DNA from: Candidatus Thorarchaeota archaeon
GTDB lineage: Archaea > Asgardarchaeota > Thorarchaeia > Thorarchaeales > Thorarchaeaceae
DNA length: 64,000 bases
Reading direction: 5' to 3'
NCBI GenBank assembly: GCA_048882325.1
Contig: JBHLRS010000001.1
Location: forward strand, 85,557 to 149,556
The notes beneath the pieces were generated by a model. The model was not told where the DNA came from. It ran no database searches and was given only the letters and a program-made list of their open reading frames with translations. This document shows positions 1-10,307 of this stretch, piece by piece. The position numbers and the translations under genes were made by a program. Each line of letters starts with the position of its first letter. Within the stretch, counting starts at the first letter, position 1.

Positions 1-2375
1 TCCTCTGGGAACCTGATAATACCACCTATGCTGATGAGTTCTACCTACACTCATACACAGGAATGGTCACATTCAACTGGACCTATGACTGGAGTGAGTT
101 AAACATCTGGACTCATGCAGACACTGGAGCGACCTTGACTTCAGGTGAATACGCAACAATTTACAATGTGTTGTTCGATTCATATGGGAATCCACAACCA
201 GGGTATTGGGGCATAGCATGGATGTTTGAGAATCGGACATATGCTGATGTGATCAATCAGGCTAAGGATGAAGGTTGGGACTGGGTAGAAGACAATTCTC
301 AGGAATGGAGTTGGCTTTGGTGGGAGCTTGATGAGCAATACAGCACTGTGGTGAGCAATGGTACTCATTCAGATCTAATGGATATCAATCTCGCATACCA
401 GTATGCAGGTATGTTTGCGTGGAATGACACAAACAGTGACAACTTCATGGACATCTCTTCTGAAAGTTTGGGTGACGCAGAGCTAACCCACTATTGGATG
501 CCTATAAATGTCGAATCTGTGAGTTTCACCACGCCCGGTGAAGCTTGGGGCAATCTCAACACAACAGATTCAGAGTATCGATCCGTTGATGAAACAATAG
601 ACTTTGGCGTCACATTCAACAACGTGACTGGAGAGGTCTATCCATTCGGTGTACGATCATACTTTGATTGGTACGAAGATGCATACTATGGCTCTGACTT
701 TGTTGACTTTGATGAACGACCCACCGAGTGTCTTACAGAAGAGTTCTCGATTGATGTACACTTTACAGGTGCAGTTAACCAGACCGATGACTCTGGTATC
801 GCAGAGGTCAAGTTTGACATCACCGTAGGAGACTGGGAGATGTACACACCTGGTGGAGATGATGCTCTAGATGGGCGAAGTCTCGCAGTTTCGTTTTATA
901 GTGACATCACTATCCTCACGAGTGGTGGAATGACTGCTAATGCTACCTACATTGATGACTTAGGTCAGACAGTAACCAATGACCAAGCTGCAGCATCTTA
1001 CAACTTCACAATGGCTAGTGGCCTGAGTGATGTCGCTTTGATGAGCTTGGGTGGTTCACCCTACACCTGGACAAAGAACACGTCTATGCCAGTTACAGTT
1101 GACGCTCAGACAATTCCAGTCGATGCGTTCAGTGCAATCTATGTGTCTGGTGGAGGACATTCAGCTACGACATTCTCAGTAGCATCCACACAGTTCTACA
1201 CCGTAATTGGTTTCCCACAATGGGATGGTTGGGCAGTAACAGTTGACCCAATCTTTGTTGGTTACATCTCACCAGGAACTCCAGATAGTGAGGCACCGAG
1301 TTTCGGTACTACAATACACTCAGCTGTTCAGATAACAGGTGTGGATAATGTCCACATTGAAGCAAGCGTCACAGATGGTGGAGGTTCTGGTCTTGCGGGA
1401 GTCAAAGTTTGGGACATTGACAACAATATTAATCATACAATGACCTACGATGAAGGCCGAAGTGTGTGGGAGGTTGACATTGCTCGAACGATTGATGGTC
1501 GTTACAACTTCAACTATAGAATTGTAGCTGAAGACAATGCTGGTAATGAAGCCACAACCACAATTCAGTCCTTCCTGTTCAGAGATAATCTTCCTCCAAC
1601 GATAGACTCCCTGAACATTGTCAATGGAACTGATATCTACGGTGACGAGATTGCTACAGTCACTGCAACTGCATCTGACACTGGTGGGTCAGGTATTGAC
1701 TATGTTGTCTTATCTTACTGGAACACAACTGGAGTATACAACATAACCATGGCATACTCCGCAGGTGAATACAGTGGTGAGATTCCAAACCATGCACCTG
1801 GAACCATTGTACAATATGGTATTACCGTGTACGACATTGATGGCAACCTCGACTGGAGTGGATGGGACACGTTCACCTTTGCAACTGGCGGAGCTCCTGA
1901 TACAGTAAGTCCGTCGATTACGCTGGTGTTTCACGACCCAGCTAGTCCAGCATCAACTGATGCTGTTACTGTTTCAGCTGACATTCAGGATGTTTCTGGA
2001 GTTGCATCAGCTGTTCTACAGTACAAGGTTGATGGTGGAGCATGGAACAATGTGACAATGACTTCAGTAGGAACAACCTACAGTGCTACCATTCCTTCGC
2101 AGGCTGATGGCGTAACTGTCACATACCGAATTGTTGCATATGATACAGTCGGGAATGAGGCAGTTTCTGGTGAATTCTCCTACAATGTAGAGGATGTTGC
2201 CACAACAACTATACCAACTGGGCCAACAACCACCGAAACTCCAACATCACCAACCGAACCAACAGGACCTCCTGGTCCCGGACCTGGTGATCAAGAAACC
2301 CTGCTCATGGTTTACGGAGCCTTTGGAGCACTTGTTGTGATTGTTCTGGCTCTAGCAGCTCGTAGACGTAAGTAG
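1..2375 (+). CDS. Large cell-surface/S-layer-like glycoprotein, 5'-truncated; paralog of 17964..23816
   Basis: Frame is open from the window edge (LWEPDNTTYADEFYLHSYTGM aligns with LMWDPNGTIFGDEMLTDSWMGV of the 1977-aa ORF). Many N-x-S/T sequons, three C-terminal Ig-like repeats, PT-rich linker, TM helix and RRRK tail. Confidence 0.8.
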   Translation, partial: LWEPDNTTYADEFYLHSYTGMVTFNWTYDWSELNIWTHADTGATLTSGEYATIYNVLFDSYGNPQPGYWGIAWMFENRTYADVINQAKDEGWDWVEDNSQEWSWLWWELDEQYSTVVSNGTHSDLMDINLAYQYAGMFAWNDTNSDNFMDISSESLGDAELTHYWMPINVESVSFTTPGEAWGNLNTTDSEYRSVDETIDFGVTFNNVTGEVYPFGVRSYFDWYEDAYYGSDFVDFDERPTECLTEEFSIDVHFTGAVNQTDDSGIAEVKFDITVGDWEMYTPGGDDALDGRSLAVSFYSDITILTSGGMTANATYIDDLGQTVTNDQAAASYNFTMASGLSDVALMSLGGSPYTWTKNTSMPVTVDAQTIPVDAFSAIYVSGGGHSATTFSVASTQFYTVIGFPQWDGWAVTVDPIFVGYISPGTPDSEAPSFGTTIHSAVQITGVDNVHIEASVTDGGGSGLAGVKVWDIDNNINHTMTYDEGRSVWEVDIARTIDGRYNFNYRIVAEDNAGNEATTTIQSFLFRDNLPPTIDSLNIVNGTDIYGDEIATVTATASDTGGSGIDYVVLSYWNTTGVYNITMAYSAGEYSGEIPNHAPGTIVQYGITVYDIDGNLDWSGWDTFTFATGGAPDTVSPSITLVFHDPASPASTDAVTVSADIQDVSGVASAVLQYKVDGGAWNNVTMTSVGTTYSATIPSQADGVTVTYRIVAYDTVGNEAVSGEFSYNVEDVATTTIPTGPTTTETPTSPTEPTGPPGPGPGDQETLLMVYGAFGALVVIVLALAARRRK

Positions 2376-2383
2376 AATATATG

Positions 2384-2414
2384 GCGGGCCTTGTGCCCGC
2401 TTTACTCTCTTTTT
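2384..2414 (+). terminator. Hairpin plus T-rich tract after the surface protein gene
   Basis: GCGGGC-CTTGT-GCCCGC followed by TTTACTCTCTTTTT, between convergent genes. Confidence 0.6.
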
Positions 2415-2430
2415 CAAGCTCTGAGTCATG

Positions 2431-2829
2431 TCACTCGAGTTGAGATTTTAACTTCTCATGGAAAAATCTTACACCTGCAAGGTGTGCTTCATAAGTGCAG
2501 TTGAAAAGGTCATAGGAGATACCAGTAACAGGTATGGCATTGCGAATCATCAGAAAGTCTCTCTTATCAATTCCAAAATTGACCTCAACAAGTGTCGCAT
2601 TTGATTTCAATAATTTCTCATAGATCCCTTTCTTGCTCTTGGTAGGAACATTAGATAAGTCCATTAATCTAGTTGTGAGTGTGATCCAATTTTTTCCGGG
2701 AAAGACTTCAATAATCTTGGCTTCAATTGGTCCATATGGATACAGACTGAATGTCTTTCGACCATGCTCTTCAAAGTCAATCTCTAATCTTTTCAGATAC
2801 TCTTTCGCAATGAACCATGTTGTGCTCAT
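2431..2829 (-). CDS. YbjN/CesT (T3SS-chaperone-fold)-like small protein
   Basis: 132 aa; the pattern 'IYEKLLKSNATLVEVNFGIDKRD' resembles YbjN-domain proteins. Confidence 0.5.
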   Translation of the reverse strand: MSTTWFIAKEYLKRLEIDFEEHGRKTFSLYPYGPIEAKIIEVFPGKNWITLTTRLMDLSNVPTKSKKGIYEKLLKSNATLVEVNFGIDKRDFLMIRNAIPVTGISYDLFNCTYEAHLAGVRFFHEKLKSQLE

Positions 2830-2970
2830 CTATTCTCGTTCCTGCCTGAGGACTCTCCTCACTTCACCAATTGTTTCCGCAGTTTAGACTAGTGACCTAT
2901 GGGCAAATACTAGTAAAAGTCTTCGCTTTTCCAGAAGGCTAGGTTTCTAAGGTATATTCTTTTTCGTTCT

Positions 2971-4206
2971 TTATGAGGTTGGCAGTCGGATGATGAATTT
3001 TGTACCACCTAGGTCTGGATCATCAACTAATTCAATGGAACCTTTGTGAGATTCTAGGACAAATTTAGAGAGATATAGTCCGACGCCCCCTTCCTCTGAT
3101 TGAGATTTTGATCCCCGTCGAAAGAGAAATTCTCTCTTTTCAATAGGAATGCCCGGCCCATCATCACTTATAGAGATTACAAAGTTATCTTCTTCAAGAG
3201 AAATATCAACAAAAACAGTTGGTGATTCTCCAGCATATTGCGCCGCATTTCTGAAGATATTTTGCCAAACCATTGGAAGAAGTCTGCTTGCAGTGAAAGC
3301 ACACTTGCTAACTTCTTTTTCGCCAGTGACTTTTATTTTCAGATGTCTATGTGTCTTTTGAGAATCGAGTGCAACTTCCTCTATATGTTTGACTAAATCC
3401 ATTTCTGGTAGCTCAAGTGGCATAGAAAAGACATGAAGTAATTGCACCATTCTATTGCCAAGGTCAATTGATTGAGTGAGATTCTGATTGACTTTATTGA
3501 TGTCGATATCAAGAAACAGCTGAGCCAGCTCAATTGAGCTTAGAATGGCCTGCAAATCATTCCTTAGATCGTGTCGCAACAGCTGGGTATACACCTCAAG
3601 CTCCCACTGTTGTCTTGTCAAGTCACTATTGCTCTGCTCAACCTGCTCAATGTATTGCTCCAATGTATAGGATGCTACAAGAATGAAGAATGTAACAACG
3701 ATAGCAGTACCAATGTGACTGTCAAATTCCGTAATTGGAATGCCAAATATGACATTCACAATGAAAACCATTGTTGAAATCATAACTACTCCTTGAGCAA
3801 AAACAACAGTAGTCCTTGTGAGTAATGCACCACCCACTAGTGCAACCATAAACCAGACCATTAATCGAGGTAGATCATTTGGTTGCCAGCTAGTCCCAAA
3901 TAGAAAGATGGTGACTGGTAATATTGTGATTGCAGCTACCGTAGTTGTCTGAACCACATCATAATACTTGGTTCTTGTTCCCAAATACATGAAGAACACT
4001 AGTAGAATCGCACTAAGATATGTGGGAGTGGAGAAGAAAACGAGTTCACTTGTGAATTGCGCGAAGGAGAATATTGGAATTGCGATGAGAAGAAATGACG
4101 AGAGGAGACGTGATTGCTGTCTTTTTCTCAAACCCTGTACGGATGGATGTGGTTCGATAAGACTGGAAAGGAATTTACCCACATCACTGAGAAACCCCTC
4201 ATTCAT
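2971..4206 (-). CDS. Membrane-bound sensor histidine kinase
   Basis: About 6 N-terminal TM helices; H-box LRHDLRN, N-box NIFRNAAQY, G1 DDGPGI, G2 GGVGLYL. Confidence 0.9.
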   Translation of the reverse strand: MNEGFLSDVGKFLSSLIEPHPSVQGLRKRQQSRLLSSFLLIAIPIFSFAQFTSELVFFSTPTYLSAILLVFFMYLGTRTKYYDVVQTTTVAAITILPVTIFLFGTSWQPNDLPRLMVWFMVALVGGALLTRTTVVFAQGVVMISTMVFIVNVIFGIPITEFDSHIGTAIVVTFFILVASYTLEQYIEQVEQSNSDLTRQQWELEVYTQLLRHDLRNDLQAILSSIELAQLFLDIDINKVNQNLTQSIDLGNRMVQLLHVFSMPLELPEMDLVKHIEEVALDSQKTHRHLKIKVTGEKEVSKCAFTASRLLPMVWQNIFRNAAQYAGESPTVFVDISLEEDNFVISISDDGPGIPIEKREFLFRRGSKSQSEEGGVGLYLSKFVLESHKGSIELVDDPDLGGTKFIIRLPTS

Positions 4207-4371
4207 ATTAGCACCTTTTTCATTGCTCAGTCTAAATCAGAGTTTGTGAAATATAAGGAAAGTTCGTCTAGTTCTTCTAATCATAAAACAGAATCTGGTA
4301 AAATGGGATAGAGAATACGACCATCCATACAGTAACTAAAGATAAATCAATGACATCAATTTCGTTTTACT

Positions 4372-5391
4372 ATGGACTCATCCGCCCTCTTAAGATATCT
4401 TCAATCAAAATTCACCGATCGTAACTCTCTACAAATCGTAAACTACAAAGACATCACTAGCGGATGGGAAACTCAAATCTACGCATTCGATTTGAGGTGG
4501 GAAGTCAATCAAAAGGAAGAGAGCGAGCATCTTATTGTGAGGGTGTATGCTCCTGGAATCAGCGAGAAGACTGAACATGAAGCTAGAGTCATGAAGCAAC
4601 TATCCACGATGGACTACCCTGTACCAATGGTACATATCACAGAAACTGATGAGTCTCTACTCGGTAAACCCTTCATGATAATGGACAGAATAACTGGGAG
4701 TACTCTTGAAGACAAAATATCGGTGCCTAATGCTGACTTCTCAAAATGGTTGCGAGTTTTTAGTGAGTTGTTTGTTAAACTGCACAATCTTGACTGGACA
4801 GTCTTCCTTTCTGATCCTAACATCATACCTAAAGATGACCCTTATTTCATAATCAACACAATGCTCTCAGACTATCGAGTCAAGATAACACAATATGATA
4901 AGGAGGAGCTCTTGCCTATTGTTGAGTGGCTTGAAACTAATGCGAATCGAGTGCCATGCTACAGGCCCTCTGTCACTCACGGCGATTTCCATCCAATGAA
5001 CATCATGATTGATGACGATGAACTTCCATATGTGATTGATTGGGGCGCAGCTGGCGTGAGAGATTTTAGAATGGACCTTGCGTGGACATTACTACTTACT
5101 AGAGCATACTCGACTCAAGAGAATCATGATTTCATCCTCAAAGGGTACGAGGATGAGGTAGGGCATCAGATCAATGAAATCGAATATTTCGAAGTTCTTG
5201 CCATACTCCGTCGTCTGTTTGATGTACTAGTTTCTATGGATGAGGGAGCAACTTCGCGAGGAATGCGAGAAGGTGCAGTAGAACTAATTAGGGAACAAAT
5301 GGGTCACGTCAAGGTCGTTTACTCTTTGCTTGTTGAGATGACTGAGATTCAAATTCCAGAAGTGGAATCTTGGATTGACAGCTTTCTCTAA
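4372..5391 (+). CDS. Aminoglycoside-phosphotransferase (APH)-family kinase
   Basis: Catalytic HGDFHPMN and IDW motifs; N-lobe GWET. Confidence 0.85.
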   Translation: MDSSALLRYLQSKFTDRNSLQIVNYKDITSGWETQIYAFDLRWEVNQKEESEHLIVRVYAPGISEKTEHEARVMKQLSTMDYPVPMVHITETDESLLGKPFMIMDRITGSTLEDKISVPNADFSKWLRVFSELFVKLHNLDWTVFLSDPNIIPKDDPYFIINTMLSDYRVKITQYDKEELLPIVEWLETNANRVPCYRPSVTHGDFHPMNIMIDDDELPYVIDWGAAGVRDFRMDLAWTLLLTRAYSTQENHDFILKGYEDEVGHQINEIEYFEVLAILRRLFDVLVSMDEGATSRGMREGAVELIREQMGHVKVVYSLLVEMTEIQIPEVESWIDSFL

Positions 5392-5430
5392 TTATTGAGG
5401 TCGTTCCTGCTATCACTATGATTTATCACT

Positions 5431-6732
5431 ATGTTTCGAAATGCAATGAATGGGATGGGTTTGATGAGTGATGACAGATCTCTTGAGTATCTAACTGTAA
5501 AATCATTGCACTTGGTTGAGCAGGGACGACTAGGTGAGGCTGAGTCGCTTCTTGCAACAGTTGTCAAGGAAACTCCAAATTCTGCAATACATTGGTCATT
5601 ATATGCATATGTCGCAAGCTGCTTTGGCCGCAAATCTGAGTATGACAAGGCACTCGAATCAGCAAAGAAGCTGGCCGAGAGTAATGCGGTTGTACACTTC
5701 AATATTGGAGTAGCAATGAAACGCATTAAGGACCCTTCATGGAAAGGCATGCTAAAGAAAGCAGCAAAACTTGATGACGGACTCAAGGACCAAGTAAAAT
5801 CCGCAATGAAAGTTGATTATCCTACCCCTCTCATTGTATATCCAACTGGATCTGAGGAGCTACTAGCTCAAATAGCAGAAGGTGAACCCTCAGGACCTCA
5901 GCTCTCTAAAGCAAAACCAGTTGATCACGATGTGGATGTCATTTCTGGGATGATCCGAAAAGTTAGAGGTCGTCTCTTGAGAGATGATGTAGAAGAGCGA
6001 GCAGGATATCTCATGGGTGGAGTCGTAGTACGTTTGGAAGATGTGACTCTTGAGATGAGGTATGGTCCTGAGAGCAAAGGAGAGATATATCCCGCAGGAA
6101 CCATGGTCACGGTCACGATTGAGGATGGTAGAGTACCAAGAATCATTGAGATAACAGATAATACAGAGGAACCACTTGAAGGACCTGCTTACGTTGAGGT
6201 TCCAAAGTTCTCCTACCAAGCTAGATGGCCAAAGATGTGCTGTGGTTGTGGCGAAACTCAACTGAAGCAGCTTAAACTGCAGGGTGTGAATTGGGATGCA
6301 GAGTTCACACTTCCAAAAACAGAAGTCGTTGAAGTGGCTGTTCGAAGACTCAACTGGAAACGAATTGGTGCTGTTGCTCTTACATATGTCATAGGAACGA
6401 TATTTGGTGTTCAACCAGCTGTCACAAGCTCATTTGCGCTTGAGATCTCTTCTGAGATAGAAGACAAGTACGACTATTACCTGAAAGAATTGGAAACACT
6501 CAATGAGGTTAAGATGCATCTCTCCATGAATCTCTATCTCTGCAAGGAATGTAAGAAAGAGAAGAAAGACTATGGAGCATATGTTTCAGTCACTCCTCGT
6601 GAGTTTGATGATGGCTTTCCAGCATTGATTATTGAGTTTGGTAATGAAGTGTTCATGAGAGTCTTTCATGATCACAATCCAGGAGATATCTTTGCCACGG
6701 TCACTAGAGAGAAGATTCAGATCCTATCCTAA
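5431..6732 (+). CDS. Hypothetical protein with TPR-like N-terminus and Cys-pair (Zn-binding) C-terminal domain
   Basis: TPR-like helices (GRLGEAESLL..., YDKALESAKK); WPKMCCGCG and LCKECKK flank a hydrophobic segment. True start may be a downstream Met. Confidence 0.5.
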   Translation: MFRNAMNGMGLMSDDRSLEYLTVKSLHLVEQGRLGEAESLLATVVKETPNSAIHWSLYAYVASCFGRKSEYDKALESAKKLAESNAVVHFNIGVAMKRIKDPSWKGMLKKAAKLDDGLKDQVKSAMKVDYPTPLIVYPTGSEELLAQIAEGEPSGPQLSKAKPVDHDVDVISGMIRKVRGRLLRDDVEERAGYLMGGVVVRLEDVTLEMRYGPESKGEIYPAGTMVTVTIEDGRVPRIIEITDNTEEPLEGPAYVEVPKFSYQARWPKMCCGCGETQLKQLKLQGVNWDAEFTLPKTEVVEVAVRRLNWKRIGAVALTYVIGTIFGVQPAVTSSFALEISSEIEDKYDYYLKELETLNEVKMHLSMNLYLCKECKKEKKDYGAYVSVTPREFDDGFPALIIEFGNEVFMRVFHDHNPGDIFATVTREKIQILS

Positions 6733-6741
6733 ACAATACAA

Positions 6742-7557
6742 TCACTGATTTGAGAATCCACCATGATGGAACTCTATTTTGCATTGTACTTTCGTCAACG
6801 CACAGTAGCTCTCAATATCCTCTTCCATCTCATTCCACATTAAGGGTCGATTTCGAATCTTCTTATAATAGTCTTTTAACTCTGGAAATCTATTTTCAAC
6901 TAGACTCATTATTCGAGAAATATTATGTGATCTGAAGTTCAGATTTTCAAAACGAAAGTCATCTGTTGTTTGAACTGCTGCTTTTATTATCGCTTGCCAA
7001 TCAGTTATCATTGGAAAGATTGGGGAAACAAAAACATATGTTGGTATTCCTGCTTGCGAGATGGTCTGCAATGCTTCAAGCCGTTCCATTGGTTTCGAAG
7101 CTCTTGGTTCAATGACTCTGCTAACTCTCTCATCAAGAGTACTTATGGAGATTCCAATACGGATTTTTCCAAATTGTTCGAAAAGATCAATGTCTCTTGT
7201 CACCAGTTTGGATTTTGTCAATATCTGTATTGATGCCGTCGTGCCAATGAGCTTCTCTAGAACTCGCTTCGTGTTCTCGTACTTCACCTCTAAGGGTGTA
7301 TATGGATCAGTAACTGAGCTAAAAAGGAGGGTTTTGCCATCGTATTTCTCAGGTTTTATCCGACTCATATCATACTGTTTCACATCAAGAAATTCGCCCC
7401 ATTGATCACCGCTATGATTGGTGAATCGTTTCATGAATTCTGCATAGCAGTAGATACAGCCATGCTGACATCCAATGTAAGGATTAATCACAAAATCTAT
7501 TCCTGGTATCCTGCTTTTTGTAATGATACTCTTTGCTGATACCCTATTGACCTTCAT
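6742..7557 (-). CDS. Radical SAM protein, spore-photoproduct-lyase-like family
   Basis: INPYIGCQHGCIYCYA (CxxxCxxC), SSVTDPY, ILTKS, EPRAS. Confidence 0.85.
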   Translation of the reverse strand: MKVNRVSAKSIITKSRIPGIDFVINPYIGCQHGCIYCYAEFMKRFTNHSGDQWGEFLDVKQYDMSRIKPEKYDGKTLLFSSVTDPYTPLEVKYENTKRVLEKLIGTTASIQILTKSKLVTRDIDLFEQFGKIRIGISISTLDERVSRVIEPRASKPMERLEALQTISQAGIPTYVFVSPIFPMITDWQAIIKAAVQTTDDFRFENLNFRSHNISRIMSLVENRFPELKDYYKKIRNRPLMWNEMEEDIESYCALTKVQCKIEFHHGGFSNQ

Positions 7558-7618
7558 CGACTTTACAAGATACAGTAGGCTTCAAAACTTTGCCTTAACA
7601 GTTTTCATATTCAATCAA

Positions 7619-8047
7619 CTATGAAACAAAGATTTTGTCAGCAATGTGTCTGACTATGGCTCTAGTGATACCACTAACAAAACCCGTCGCAATTGTTTTG
7701 TCTAAGCATTCTATAAGTACGGGATTTTCCACCACCTTTCTGACAAATTCATTCAGACTTTGAATAGCATGTGATGTCTGTCCCTTGAAGACATAACTAA
7801 ACAAGAGTGAGGATTCATGTTTCATAATCATGGTATATTCACCAATAGTGACACTATCAAGAGGTCTTGCGAATATCTTGTCAGTCAGAAAAACAAGGGC
7901 AGTCAAAAAACTAGAAACAAGATTTTCATTATCTTTCAGGTATGGGTGGAACTCTACAGACGCAAGATTAACACCTGTTTGGGCGGCTGAGAGAAACAGT
8001 TGAACTGGCTCTTCTTTCATGTTTTCCACGTCAGTAATTGCTAACAT
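7619..8047 (-). CDS. Longin-like domain protein
   Basis: Beta-beta-alpha pattern 'LFLSAAQTGVNLASVEF...NLVSSFLTALVFLTDKIF...YTMIMKH...FSYVFKG', typical of Asgard longin-like domains. Fold assignment is by pattern only. Confidence 0.55.
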   Translation of the reverse strand: MLAITDVENMKEEPVQLFLSAAQTGVNLASVEFHPYLKDNENLVSSFLTALVFLTDKIFARPLDSVTIGEYTMIMKHESSLLFSYVFKGQTSHAIQSLNEFVRKVVENPVLIECLDKTIATGFVSGITRAIVRHIADKIFVS

Positions 8048-8144
8048 TGTTCACACCTTGCCAAATGGGGTATGGGAGGAGAGAAGGAGTAGAGCCCTTC
8101 TCTGTTTGTATGAAGCTCAACTCACAACTCCTCCTAGATTTAGT

Positions 8145-9539
8145 TCACAGTCTGGTGGATGCTGTTGTTGTTATCCGATCCAACCTCCCAGTCAGTGCAG
8201 ACCAGAACAATAGATAGCTTACCACAACCCAACCGTAGCCATAGTCAATTCCTGCAAGTCCAATCACAATTGGAGGCAATCTGATGACGAAGAAGAGGAT
8301 TATTGCAATAGCTACTCCCAAGGGTTTTAGACTACCAGAAGCACCACTTTTTCTCATACGCCTCCAAACTCCGAGGAATATCACGGAAGGCAACAACATA
8401 ATCCCAATGGTCGGGAGAATGATGTATAGGAGATCCAGGAACGCTTGGCCAATACTTGTTGGATAAGCTTGACCGATAAGTAATGAGATCGGTGCATAGA
8501 CAATCATAGGTCCTAATGCCGCACTCCTCCACCCAGCAGCATAAATGGCTCCCACTGAGAGGAATGTCAATGCGTATCCAGTAAGGATGAATTCTATGTA
8601 AATCCCAAGTGGATCCGGAAACATCGAGAGGTTCTGAAGCATCCCCGTCATCTGTCCAATTCCTAACATAAAGAACGCAATCATGAACATGAGCGTAGGA
8701 ATCTGCTTTGTTTCAGCCCACCTACCAAAGAGATATGATGCTGTTCCTATTGACAGGAGAATTGCTACTGCTCCCATCGATGTGATGCTCAAGAGGAAGA
8801 AGTCTGATGTGAACCCTGCTGATTGGATACTGACAAGAATAAGCACTGGAAATGCAAAAGAGGCTCCATAACCAACCAGTTCAAAAGTGATTTTCTGGTC
8901 CGGTCGCAAGAATGTGAAGACAACCATTGCGGGACCCATTAGTGCTATGAATAAGGTTACTAATGACTCAGGTCCAATGAGCAAGTCGAAGTAAAGTACC
9001 GGAAGACCAGCTATTTGGGCAATGAGTGCAAAGGCGAGAGATGCACTTGTTCCACGCTTGGTCTCTCGTGTTATGTAGACAAACAATCCTCCCACAACAA
9101 TGAGAATTACTGATGGAAATAGAACTCCTATCAGTAGTAGGAAATCCCCTGTCTGCGGATACATTTCTGCGAGTGCAAACAGCAAAACCGAAACAAGTCC
9201 AGTTGATGCTGGAATGGAATAGAATTGTCTTGCATTCAGAATCATCGCTGCGGCTACACCTAACAAAACCACCTCTACAGCTGATGCAGCGTAAAAGGCA
9301 TAATAGGTGTCAACCAAGATGGCTTGTCCAATTGTTTCTTCGATGAATGTTGCCATTGCACCAAGGCTAAGGACAACAAAACCGACTGCGACAACGTATA
9401 GTGGTCGAAAAGCTTTTCGAGACTCTGAATCCATTCCAGCAGATTTGGATCTGCTGTACATGATAATGGTCAGAGCAGCCACTAAAGTTGCCAATCCAAG
9501 ATAGAGTTGAGTTGTTTCATATATTCCCATAGCTAACAC
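8145..9539 (-). CDS. Polytopic membrane protein (~15 TM, apparent 7TM+1+7TM)
   Basis: About 15 hydrophobic segments counted by eye; no soluble catalytic domain; 3 bp downstream of 9543..9986. Confidence 0.65.
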   Translation of the reverse strand: MLAMGIYETTQLYLGLATLVAALTIIMYSRSKSAGMDSESRKAFRPLYVVAVGFVVLSLGAMATFIEETIGQAILVDTYYAFYAASAVEVVLLGVAAAMILNARQFYSIPASTGLVSVLLFALAEMYPQTGDFLLLIGVLFPSVILIVVGGLFVYITRETKRGTSASLAFALIAQIAGLPVLYFDLLIGPESLVTLFIALMGPAMVVFTFLRPDQKITFELVGYGASFAFPVLILVSIQSAGFTSDFFLLSITSMGAVAILLSIGTASYLFGRWAETKQIPTLMFMIAFFMLGIGQMTGMLQNLSMFPDPLGIYIEFILTGYALTFLSVGAIYAAGWRSAALGPMIVYAPISLLIGQAYPTSIGQAFLDLLYIILPTIGIMLLPSVIFLGVWRRMRKSGASGSLKPLGVAIAIILFFVIRLPPIVIGLAGIDYGYGWVVVSYLLFWSALTGRLDRITTTASTRL

Positions 9540-9542
9540 ATC

Positions 9543-9986
9543 CTAAAACACAGTTTTTCCCCAGTCGCTAGCGGATTTCTTAGCCTTTTCAACCTGCGAC
9601 TCGGTCCATTCCTTCACACTCTCAGTTACCTCTGCAGAAGCTTCCTTATCATCCGAGAATAGCTCTCTCATCAAGGCGAGAGTACCATCATCGAACTGCC
9701 CACCATTCTCTTGAATCAGTTTGACTACTTCCTGGTTTGCAGCTAATGCGCTTGCCTCATTGGCTTCATGGAGTGTGACGATATGGTATTCATCGGAATT
9801 GCCAATCAGCAGTTTCATGTCTCCAAAGCGGAGTTCTTCCACTCTTGTGCCACCAGCGATCTTCTTGATGAACATCTGCACAGCTGACACAAAACCTCCA
9901 AACAGGGTGACGTCACCCTCTAGGTGTTCCCACCCAACCGATGCAACGGTTTCCCCTGCTTGGTTCACCAACATAATGCCGTACAT
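9543..9986 (-). CDS. Longin-like domain protein
   Basis: 'YGIMLVNQAGETVAS...DVTLFGGFVSAVQMFIKKI...VEELRFGDMKLLI' matches the Asgard longin/sedlin-like pattern. Confidence 0.65.
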   Translation of the reverse strand: MYGIMLVNQAGETVASVGWEHLEGDVTLFGGFVSAVQMFIKKIAGGTRVEELRFGDMKLLIGNSDEYHIVTLHEANEASALAANQEVVKLIQENGGQFDDGTLALMRELFSDDKEASAEVTESVKEWTESQVEKAKKSASDWGKTVF

Positions 9987-10034
9987 TTCGTTTTTCTCCG
10001 ATTGATAGCTAACTGTGTTATCATGATCAAGTTG

Positions 10035-10304
10035 TTACAATGAACTGAACCAGTCCTCCGTCTTCTCGATGGCATCCTTTTTGCCATCATCTTCCCCTGA
10101 AGTTCCCAAAGCAGCTTCAACGTCCCTGATTTTGAATTGACCATCCACGAACAAGACAAGTGTATGATTTTTCGAGCAGCTCGTCGTGACCATTGCAGGC
10201 AAACGTTTAGCTTTCTTTATCGAATCTTCATCAACATCAACTTTTACTAGAGTTCCGTCTTTGCATTCTGGACATGTGAATGGACTCAATGACACTTTCG
10301 CCAT
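10035..10304 (-). CDS. Small Zn-ribbon protein
   Basis: CPEC ... CSKNH followed by LVLFVDGQFKIRDVE; 3 bp downstream of the GTPase stop. Confidence 0.65.
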   Translation of the reverse strand: MAKVSLSPFTCPECKDGTLVKVDVDEDSIKKAKRLPAMVTTSCSKNHTLVLFVDGQFKIRDVEAALGTSGEDDGKKDAIEKTEDWFSSL

Positions 10305-10307
10305 TTT

